Shown one piece after another: positions 39,161 through 47,517 of a stretch of 64,000 nt of DNA; the stretch's first letter is position 1; every line of letters begins with the position of its first letter. This DNA comes from a virus. The position numbers and the translations under genes were made by a program. The notes below the pieces were generated by a model. It did no database searches. It was not told where the DNA came from and saw nothing but the letters and a program-made list of their open reading frames with translations. The DNA lies in IMG/VR virus record IMGVR_UViG_3300035698_022014, positions 1 to 64,000 of that record, one strand, 5' to 3'.

Positions 39161-40872
39161 TTATTTTGTATACTTCAACTTTCCACAATCATACACCTTT
39201 AAAAACCCATGATCAAGTGCGTTCTGATGCTCTGTCAATTCGGGACAAAAAGTGTCAGGATATTTTGCTTGGAGTTTAGCCCTTGTCATTTGTCTCCGAG
39301 GGATTCTCCTCTTTGTAGCTCTACAGTAGTAAGTGTAATCTGGTTTTGTCTGATGAGCCAGATTCATCCCCGACTTTTGATATATGTTGTTTTCAAAATC
39401 AGTCCACAACAAATCAGCATACGTGTAGACGTTAGTGACATTTGACATTATTTTTGATAGTCCACCCACAACAGGGAGTTTTGACGCAAATCTTGTAAGG
39501 TCGTGACTGTCACCATACCGTTTAAATGTCGCAACAGAAACCAACTGACCCTCATGCTCGAGGCCTATGTTGAAAGAGTGATTGACATGCCCTTGAATGT
39601 GATGATGCTCGAGAAACTCCTTCAATCAACATCATATACTACTTTTGTCTTTCTTGCCCCTATAGATGTGTCTGATGGCTCCAAAAGAGACATGATTTTT
39701 CGTCGGATTAGATCTGGACCATCTCTTAGATCATCTTCAAATAGGTGGATCAATCTTATGCCATTGTGTGCAGCATCTTTCTTTTTGTCTAAATGATAAT
39801 TTGTAGGTTTGAATTTCTCAGAATGCCAATAACAACCGTTTATTTCAAACCCTATGTTATAATCAGGGAGAAAGATATCAATCTCCTTGCGGTCACTTAA
39901 CAATGTTCTATCATTGAATATAGGGGAATAATCGGCTAGCCATCCACTAACTAAATGCTCGTAGGATGAAGGTTGTCCAATTCCCTTTCTCAGAATGTCG
40001 AAACTATCAAGCATCTCTGCTACAATAGGGTGGCTACATCCTAGAAATTCGCCCATTTGCTCGAGTGACATCGTTTTATAAAGTTCCTCCAACAGAACTT
40101 TGTCGTAAAGACCTTCAATGTTTTCTCTTGGCGTTCCTTTTGTAAACACGCCCAGTTTGCGTATTTGTGTGTTGATTGTGTGATTCTTGACATTGTATTT
40201 TTTCGCAATTTGTGGTATTGTGTATTGCTCTCTTAGTTTACGTAGAGTATCAGCACTCTGTATATCTATATGAATCTCTACATGCGTGTTTCTTTTTGTG
40301 TCTTCTCCAGACTGTTTAATAATGTCTGATGCTGTCTGAATGCTACAGCCAATTTGTTTTGAGCATTGTGTAACATTAGAACCGCTATGCCACTGTTTCA
40401 ATATCTGTGTTTTGACACTCTCTGTATCGAACTTAAACTTGTCAAACTTTTTGTACTTTTTGGCCCACTTGGTTACAGTAGAGGGTGCGTGTCCTGTAAT
40501 TGCTGATATTCTAACAATTGTCTCGCACGTATCGAATAGGATAGGATCGAAAGGGATTGATTTAATTGCAACAAGATTGCTAATTCTCACAAACCTTCGA
40601 ACAGAATCAACTGGAACCTCTAACCTATCTGCAACGACTCTACAATTGATAACTCCACTAATATAATCGTCCTGAAACTCACAGAACCTACGCGTGACAA
40701 TATCATAGAATGTCTCTTTCAAGGTTACACCCCAACGATCTGCAAGCTCCTGCACAGACGAGGATGATACGCCGTACGTATTTGCAATGGAAGAGAAGCT
40801 CTCCCCTGAATCAATTAGATCCTGAAAAGAGCTTCTAGTAAGAACAGACGTAAGTGTTCCTCTCTTAGACAC
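39161..40872 (-). mobile_element. Free-standing homing endonuclease-like gene (HTH repeats + PD-(D/E)xK, Hef-like), broken into 39622-40872 and 39161-39625
   Basis: EIDIFLP...GFEINGCYWHS; IGARKT // KEFLEHHHIQG...KVYDCGK, usually one polypeptide; -1 junction at TTGA 39622-39625. Confidence 0.7.
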
Positions 40873-41579
40873 TATGCGCGATTACCTGCAAACTGCTGCT
40901 GCATCTTCACATTGTCAAAGAACTCTTGCTTGACACTTTGGTTGAAGAATTGTCCCCTAAGTTCCGTTGTCTGAGTCAATGAGCTGTTTGCCATCACTCC
41001 TCGTGTGGAACAACATCCGTGTGTAGCTTGGATGTAGACAGCAACATCGCGCGTTTCTGTTGCCTTGCTGATCTCGTTAGCAATGTCCATCGTCAACTGT
41101 TCTTGGAGTGTTCCACGACGTGCTGCATGCTGAGCAATACGAATATACTTCGAGAGTCCGATCACACTTGACGATGGTAATACTCCGATGTATGCTACAC
41201 CTTGAACGTCCTTGTGGTGGTGACTACACATTGAGTGGATCTCTGCACGAACAACAATCATTCCGCCATACCGTGTATCAGGATCAGTGTTTGGGAATGA
41301 AGTTACAGGTGGTGGTGGTGCGTAGCGACCTTGCATCGTTTCGTTGATGTACATCTTTGCAAGACGTTTTGCTGTTCCCATTGAGTTTGGATCTGTGTTG
41401 CGATCGATAATTAGGGAGTCGAGTACACCTTCAAACTTAATAGCCAATTCATCGATCAGCATGGCCGTTTCACCTTCTTCAATGAATGTCGATATGTTGT
41501 CATTTGCCCAGAAACGGCTATTACTATCTTCTAGCCGCGCTCGTATTGTATCGGAGATTGATTTGTTTTCTTTCGTCAT
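40872..41579 (-). CDS. folE: GTP cyclohydrolase I
   Basis: TAKRLAKMY, SMCSHH, GLSKY.R, LQEQLT, HGCCSTRGV. Confidence 0.95.
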   Translation of the reverse strand: MTKENKSISDTIRARLEDSNSRFWANDNISTFIEEGETAMLIDELAIKFEGVLDSLIIDRNTDPNSMGTAKRLAKMYINETMQGRYAPPPPVTSFPNTDPDTRYGGMIVVRAEIHSMCSHHHKDVQGVAYIGVLPSSSVIGLSKYIRIAQHAARRGTLQEQLTMDIANEISKATETRDVAVYIQATHGCCSTRGVMANSSLTQTTELRGQFFNQSVKQEFFDNVKMQQQFAGNRA

Positions 41580-41692
41580 GTTTGTAGTGCCTTTCAGATT
41601 GTGTTTTATGTCAGTGGAAAGGAGCGAGGACTGACACACTCGGCCAACAGAAAAACCTTACGGTGCAACCTGTTGGAAAGTCTTGTTGCTTT

Positions 41693-42133
41693 CTATTGTT
41701 GTTCCCATGGGAACGTGGCCCACGGTGCATCAGCCTGCAACATCATAGCTGTCACACCACTGTTGAATATGCTGTCTACTTTTGTAACAAGTGATGCATA
41801 CATGACGTTGTCTGTGCCACCATACGCACTGCTTATTGAGCTAAAAGTATGACCAGTATCATTGATATCATCAACAAATACAACTCTTTTACCTGCTTTT
41901 ATGCTTTCTTTTAGTGTGGAGTTGTGCTCGCACTTCTGCACATCACGTGTTTGCCAGACAATAGTTTGAAGTGGTACCTCAAGATGGTGTGATAGGTAAA
42001 GAGCAGGAAGAAGCCCCCCTCTTGTAATTCCTACAATAATGTCAGGACGATGTGTCTCAACGTGCGTCCTCAGGTGTTTGCACATAACATCAATATCATT
42101 GTAGCTGATATACATTTTAGCGACTATGCTCAT
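41693..42133 (-). CDS. Type I phosphoribosyltransferase (Gpt/HGPRT-like)
   Basis: VGITRGGLLPA, VVFVDDINDTGHT (PRPP loop), WATFPWE. Confidence 0.9.
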   Translation of the reverse strand: MSIVAKMYISYNDIDVMCKHLRTHVETHRPDIIVGITRGGLLPALYLSHHLEVPLQTIVWQTRDVQKCEHNSTLKESIKAGKRVVFVDDINDTGHTFSSISSAYGGTDNVMYASLVTKVDSIFNSGVTAMMLQADAPWATFPWEQQ

Positions 42134-42160
42134 TTACGTGCTCCTATTGTAAGCGGAATG

Positions 42161-42197
42161 AACGACAGATCTGATTGAACGTAGCAGATCTGTCGTT
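42161..42197. terminator. 13-bp perfect hairpin between queE and the PRTase gene
   Basis: AACGACAGATCTG-N11-CAGATCTGTCGTT. Confidence 0.55.
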
Positions 42198-42203
42198 TGT
42201 GTG

Positions 42204-43088
42204 TTACGCTAAACTAGCATAGAGGTGGATCTGAAGATTGAGAACGTAACCATGTTCGATGCAGTATTGTGCTGCATATTCATGATTGCGTTGATTTGCA
42301 CTCATGTCCAACAATCCAGGTTCCCAGAAGCTAATCACCTCATCGACTGTAGATCTTTCTCCGATCTCAATTCTGTTTGCTCCACTGTTCCGCAACTCCT
42401 TACTCTTTATTGGCTCGTCGTTGTATACGTTCATTGGACTGATGTAGATTGGCTTGTTTGTCTTTTTGTGCTATTCTTGTGCCCACTCTGGGATTGAGCT
42501 GTATGGACTGTCCGGATCCGCTTCCATCACGAACTTCAAACAATCTGCATCGATCATGTTGTCTTTGTGTGGTTTGATGTACTTGCCCATCATTCCACCC
42601 TTCTCAATGCACTTTGGACTCATAACCAAAGTCGTTGTTTTCGGAATGCTTGCTTGATGAACGATCCCATTAGACTCGATTTGAGTATTCTTAAATACCT
42701 TATTCATCCGTTCCAACAGCGGTCCAATATTCTTCTGTAAGAGAGGTTCGCCACCCGTCATTACAAGAACCATTTGCTTTTTAATTCCCAGAACCGGATC
42801 ATGCAAAGTCCAATTAGGACGATTTATTCCTTTGTCTGAATAGAATTTGTCTATTGCTGTTTCTATGTGAGCATCAATCTCATCGAACGTCATCCAATCA
42901 CCATCATCAAAGAACGTGTCACAAAAACTACATGCTAGATTACATTTTGCTAATCTAACAAAGAAAGCTGGTTCACCTCGGAACGGCCCTTCTCCTTGTA
43001 AAGTCATGAACATCGATGTGACGAATAATTTGTGTTCTTCTACGTCCTTAAAATATTTCTGTCCTACTATCTCGTTTTGCCCAAACAT
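42204..43088 (-). CDS. queE: 7-carboxy-7-deazaguanine synthase QueE with in-frame TAG at 42471-42473
   Basis: TLQGEG, CNLACSFCDT, TGGEPLLQ, ESNG, SPK, LKFV, LNLQIH; the two track ORFs share a frame across one TAG (294 aa if read through). Confidence 0.9.
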
Positions 43089-43246
43089 GTATAATTGTCC
43101 TTATTTATTGAGTGTTAAATTTTCATCGATCAGTTGAAACTGTGTGTGGTTCACTTTACGGTGCGCCACGAGAACAGTCATAACATCTTATATTTTGTTT
43201 CTGTTGTACTTTTATCTGAATAGGTTACAATTTTTGTTAGATGTGA

Positions 43247-43834
43247 TTAGGATCCAAGACGCTCAATCGCATCGCGTGGCGCTTCCCAATCCCACCGCGA
43301 TTTGATAGGAAGAGTTTCATGGCCACTGTCAATCTTACTGTTTGCATCTGCAAAGGCTGTTTGTTTATCTACTTCGCACATTGAATCGTTGCGGTTGTGC
43401 TCATATACACGTACGCGCTCTACGTAACAGCGTCCGTCCGTTACCTTATATACGTAATGGTTGACGTGTTCCCAGATAAACAGTGAGCTCATTTCCATAG
43501 ATACGCCGCTTGGCAATACTCGCAACGTGCCAAGTATGCCACCAGGTGCTGTCAGTTCAGACGTGATTTGTCCAAGTCTCGGATCGTCGGCAGGAAGGAC
43601 TGTGACATGATCGAAGTAGTATTCGAGGAACTGTTTGACAGGACCAAGTTCGCCAAACGGAACGATCCATCCATGTTGATCAATTTCTCCTGCAAATGTA
43701 AACTCAACTTCACGATCATATCCGTGAACACTTGCACAGTCGCCAGGTGTCCCGTCAGGATTCTTGTCAAAATATTGTGCATGACCACATGGAAGGTACT
43801 TAAATACCTTCGTCGCCTTAATCTGTATTGCCAT
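43247..43834 (-). CDS. queD: 6-carboxy-tetrahydropterin synthase QueD
   Basis: CGHAQ...CASVHGY, GWIVPFG, FDH, SME, RVYEH. Confidence 0.9.
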   Translation of the reverse strand: MAIQIKATKVFKYLPCGHAQYFDKNPDGTPGDCASVHGYDREVEFTFAGEIDQHGWIVPFGELGPVKQFLEYYFDHVTVLPADDPRLGQITSELTAPGGILGTLRVLPSGVSMEMSSLFIWEHVNHYVYKVTDGRCYVERVRVYEHNRNDSMCEVDKQTAFADANSKIDSGHETLPIKSRWDWEAPRDAIERLGS

Positions 43835-43841
43835 TGTAATT

Positions 43842-43894
43842 ACTCCTTTGATAGTCGGTCGGAGTGTTTAGAGAGGGTCGATCCGTAGTCCTCT
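43842..43894 (-). ncRNA. Candidate preQ1-I-like riboswitch (H-type pseudoknot) in the queD leader
   Basis: AGAGG-ACUA-CGGA-UCGAC-CCUCU-CUAAACAC-UCCG; alternative ACUCC/GGAGU anti-SD helix. Confidence 0.5.
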
Positions 43895-43905
43895 TGTTTG
43901 ATCTA

Positions 43906-44364
43906 TTATACACCAACGCCGTAGTTGACATCAACAAAATTGTCGGAGATAGACGTGCCGTAATATCTATACCAACGAGGTTTAGATTGGATTCGTTCGA
44001 CGACTCTTGCTACATTCACAGCGAGATCTACACTGTTAGGAACCCAATCTTGCCACAGGCCCTCAGCTCGTTGAAACACTGTCCAATCTATCACCCTTTC
44101 TTCTGGTTTCATGTTGTAACCACGTTTACGCAACTCGGCAACGAGGCTATGGTACCTGTTAAAAAGATACAGGCCTTTGTCATAGTGAAAGGTTACGTGT
44201 CCCTTATTTAGCGTATAATTCTTAGGGATTCGTCCTTTGACTAGTCCACTTTTTGAGTCTAATGTGCGTCTCAGAGATGCATTGACCATAGGCAATTCCC
44301 TATATTCAGCCATTGCATGTTGGTCTGTCAGTTTCGACGGAGGTATCACATTAATTCTTGTCAT
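43906..44364 (-). CDS. denV: Pyrimidine-dimer DNA glycosylase (endonuclease V)
   Basis: MTRINV..LTDQH..AEYRELP, YTL..GHVTF.YDK, ELRKRG, KPRWYRY. Confidence 0.93.
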   Translation of the reverse strand: MTRINVIPPSKLTDQHAMAEYRELPMVNASLRRTLDSKSGLVKGRIPKNYTLNKGHVTFHYDKGLYLFNRYHSLVAELRKRGYNMKPEERVIDWTVFQRAEGLWQDWVPNSVDLAVNVARVVERIQSKPRWYRYYGTSISDNFVDVNYGVGV

Positions 44365-44365
44365 T

Positions 44366-44551
44366 TTAACAATTCCAAAGGTAAGTAGTGTCCGAATACT
44401 GGGTTTTGAGAACGTCTTCTGACATTCTATCAATCATATTTGCTTCTCCTTGAATATCGCCTTCAAGTTGTACAGTGTCAACGTAATGCTCCATCGCTTT
44501 TTTGATGGTCTCAAGTTGGTTGGTGTCCATCTCAATGATAATTTTACTCAT
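44366..44551 (-). CDS. Hypothetical early protein
   Basis: Downstream of promoter; AAGGGG RBS. Confidence 0.6.
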   Translation of the reverse strand: MSKIIIEMDTNQLETIKKAMEHYVDTVQLEGDIQGEANMIDRMSEDVLKTQYSDTTYLWNC

Positions 44552-44584
44552 TGTATGCCCCTTGTTGGTGTTGCTCGTACTAAT

Positions 44585-44613
44585 AGTGTATGTGCAACCT
44601 GGAGCCATGTCAA
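44585..44613 (-). promoter_or_regulatory. Sigma70-like promoter TTGACA-N17-TACACT, upstream of denV-queD-queE
   Basis: Consensus -35, 17-nt spacer; overlaps the gp43B stop. Confidence 0.7.
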
Positions 44614-46322
44614 GCGAAAAAGTCTTCCAATGTGTCCACCTTTGTGGCAGACCACCCCAATGAATCGAGAATGTTTTGAATTGGATCTAAGAACACTTTT
44701 GAGAACTGTTTCTCTCTATCAACGTAAATGTCTATTTCCATTTCTGTGGGAGGACTCTCAATGAACGAGATTATATTTTCGCGAAGAGGATTCGGCAGCT
44801 TCAAATACACAAACTTGATCTTGTCTCCTGACTGTATTAGGGGATAACGGTTAACGAGGTCATTATCCACAGTCCACTTGTTTGATAGAAGACAACCACG
44901 GATGTGAATTGGACAGGCCTTCTTGTATATCGTTCTTGGATCTGCATAGCCATCCACGTCGTTGGTTCCAGAGACCTTGGCTATATGCTGAACAGGCAGA
45001 CTAAAAAACTCCTCCTTGAAGTCTCTTATAAATTCCTGAGTCTCAGATTCACCTTGTGTGACAATAATCTTAAACGCCTCAAAGAACTTCTTTCTACAAA
45101 TTTCAGGCGTAGAGCTTCTTGCTGCATCAATGCCCGTGACAGACACTTTTGGCTCATCATAGTGAACACCCTCGCTGTTAAGGACATTTAAGATGTATCG
45201 CTTCTTTGCAACAAAGATGGCTTTGTCTGCAATCTTTTCACGCTTCATTTTCATTGCGTTACGATATGCGCCCATTCTTTCAGCTAAATCATCATATGCA
45301 TCATCAAGCAACGGTTCAATCTTTTCTTTACATACCTTATCAATAAAAGACTCGCCTTGCTCGCGCGTAACATTGACGGTTCCAAACACCTTTTCTACAA
45401 GCGGACCAAGATTGACATACACGCTGTCTGTATCACAATACACACAATAATCAACGTCTGTTGTTTTGAGCACCTTGTTCACATACAAGTTAATTGCCTG
45501 TGCGGCCCATTTTGTGGATAGCTGTCCTGATGTTGTGATTCCCTCTGCCATGTCACTAATATAGTAGATGAAAAATGCATTGGCTGTACTCCCATAAAGT
45601 CCGTTCATTAGAATCTTGATAGACATTTGACTGTTGTGTAGCTGGGTTATCAGCTTTTTCAATCGTACAATTTCGTCTTTCGTTGTTGCTGTCTCAAGCT
45701 CAGACTCAGCTATAAGCATGTTTACTTTGATCTCTGCACGCTCGTCGTAGTAGCCTTGAATGATCTGAGGAATGATCCCCTCACGTTCTTTGGAGAAGCA
45801 CGCTCCATTTGCTGCTACTGCATATTTGGTTGTGTTTCTGTATTTCCCATCAAGTACAATCTGCTGTGACACATCTTCTTTTACGTTGTGTTGATACGTT
45901 TCTGGTGACATGTTGTATTGCATCATTAAGTGTGGATAGAGGCTGTTAAGGTCAAAGGACACAACCCAATCCTTCATTCCCTTTTGTGGATCCTTTACAT
46001 ATCCACCAACGATACTCGTTGCACGTTGCTCAGATGTGGACTTGACGAATGGTACACGTCCTTGATCCATTAGAGCTCTGAATATAGTTGTGTCCCACAG
46101 TCCCACAGTTCCAAACGCCTCGTTAAAATTCACACCACTCTTGTATGCAACAGTAAACGACAGTGCGAGAAGGGCTGCTTGTTCTTCGAACATCTCAACA
46201 AGTCTAGTATCATATAAGTTGTAATCTAATCCAAGCTGATGATATTCGCGATCAGCAAGATCGGAATACTTGCGATGCATTTCAAGCAACTGCTTGTCTG
46301 TTAGGTCTTTCATATCTTCCAT
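44610..46322 (-). CDS. gp43: Family B DNA polymerase, C-terminal subunit (ExoIII + polymerase)
   Basis: DYNLYD, SFDLNSLYP, KILMNGLYG, YCDTDS, KKRY; own GGAGA RBS before ATG 46322. Confidence 0.92.
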   Translation of the reverse strand: MEDMKDLTDKQLLEMHRKYSDLADREYHQLGLDYNLYDTRLVEMFEEQAALLALSFTVAYKSGVNFNEAFGTVGLWDTTIFRALMDQGRVPFVKSTSEQRATSIVGGYVKDPQKGMKDWVVSFDLNSLYPHLMMQYNMSPETYQHNVKEDVSQQIVLDGKYRNTTKYAVAANGACFSKEREGIIPQIIQGYYDERAEIKVNMLIAESELETATTKDEIVRLKKLITQLHNSQMSIKILMNGLYGSTANAFFIYYISDMAEGITTSGQLSTKWAAQAINLYVNKVLKTTDVDYCVYCDTDSVYVNLGPLVEKVFGTVNVTREQGESFIDKVCKEKIEPLLDDAYDDLAERMGAYRNAMKMKREKIADKAIFVAKKRYILNVLNSEGVHYDEPKVSVTGIDAARSSTPEICRKKFFEAFKIIVTQGESETQEFIRDFKEEFFSLPVQHIAKVSGTNDVDGYADPRTIYKKACPIHIRGCLLSNKWTVDNDLVNRYPLIQSGDKIKFVYLKLPNPLRENIISFIESPPTEMEIDIYVDREKQFSKVFLDPIQNILDSLGWSATKVDTLEDFFA

Positions 46323-46419
46323 AGAGTCTCCAAGATTGGTTATTTTTTTGTAGAAGGGGGAACCACAGTACAACGGAACATCAATTCTGACGCTTAACAG
46401 AAATTGTAATAGACGCAAA

Positions 46420-47466
46420 CTAGACAGAAAGTCCTCTACGTTGGATCTCTTCTAGTAAAACATCCCTTCGTTTTACATACGTTTCCCCATCTGTCAGTAT
46501 ATCGTCGGGGAGGTCGTGTGATATTTTTACGTCCTTGGCCCCGTCAGAAATGAATCGGTGAGTATCGACTTTGTTTCCGTGTGCCTCATAAGAAAGCTTC
46601 TTTGTCCCCAGCACGACTGCAGCGACGTTGTCGAGCTTATATGACTGCATCGTGCCATATTTGTATCCAAACTTCTTAAACGTATTCATGTAATCAACGA
46701 TACTGATACCACTAATTACATATGTTTTTTGCATCTTCTTGAACATCTCAAATGACCGTTCACGAACGTGGCCCCATGGTGAGAGTCGTTTGACAGCAGC
46801 CATTCCGAGTATGTTTTCAATTCTCTTCACAATGTACGCGATGTCAAATAGCTCGACGTTCCATCCTGTGACGACATCTGGATAGTCACTGCACCACAAA
46901 TCGACAAACCTGTTCAGCATGTCGTACTCTGATTCACATTTGTGGTACTTGATTAATGACGGATCGATTCCTGTAACGGTCTTTTCTGGATCGTAGTCTT
47001 TTGTACCGAACATGTAGTAGTTGGATGATTTAGATGATTTAATTGCAACAGACGTAATCTCGTTGTCCGCATTCTCCATATCAGGCTTTTTCTTGCTGAT
47101 ATCTACCTCAATATCGAAAGTAAAGATGTTGATCAGCGAAGGATCAAAATCAATTGTACCAGGATACATGTCATATGTGAAAGATGCGACGTAATTGGTA
47201 TTGCCACACATGATCATGTTTTGGACGTCTTTATATCTCTCTACAAATTCTGTTGCGCCCTTCATGCTATCACATTGGATAGACTTCAATGGCTTGTCAC
47301 CTATTAACGATACGTGCGATGGCTTTTGATCCCCATTCTGTCGATCCTCTACATAGAATGTAGGCTGATATTTGACCTTCTTGTAGAACCGTTTGCCGTT
47401 GTCATAACCTGTCCATAGTATATCATTTCCATACCGTTCGATCTTTGTATACATCGTGCTGCTCAT
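46420..47466 (-). CDS. gp43: Family B DNA polymerase, N-terminal subunit (ExoI/ExoII)
   Basis: FDIEV, TGWNVELFDIAY, RLSPWG, SYKLDNVA. Confidence 0.92.
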   Translation of the reverse strand: MSSTMYTKIERYGNDILWTGYDNGKRFYKKVKYQPTFYVEDRQNGDQKPSHVSLIGDKPLKSIQCDSMKGATEFVERYKDVQNMIMCGNTNYVASFTYDMYPGTIDFDPSLINIFTFDIEVDISKKKPDMENADNEITSVAIKSSKSSNYYMFGTKDYDPEKTVTGIDPSLIKYHKCESEYDMLNRFVDLWCSDYPDVVTGWNVELFDIAYIVKRIENILGMAAVKRLSPWGHVRERSFEMFKKMQKTYVISGISIVDYMNTFKKFGYKYGTMQSYKLDNVAAVVLGTKKLSYEAHGNKVDTHRFISDGAKDVKISHDLPDDILTDGETYVKRRDVLLEEIQRRGLSV

Positions 47467-47517
47467 TATATATCCTTATGTGCGGATTCTTCATTATACG
47501 TCAAAACGTATGAAAGA

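Noticed and set aside
41600-41680. Known THF-II (folE motif) riboswitch
   Set aside because: Does not resemble that consensus as I recall it; kept only as an unassigned structured leader pending an Rfam search
42471-42473. Genome-wide TAG (or TGA) stop-codon reassignment
   Set aside because: Long core genes have no internal TAG, and TAG ends complete genes such as folE, the PRTase and gp2; only one internal TAG and one internal TGA were seen
46323-46600. Split intein or group I intron in gp43
   Set aside because: No Cys/Ser-initiated N-intein or His-Asn C-intein motifs; the non-coding gap is only 97 nt; gene B has its own RBS
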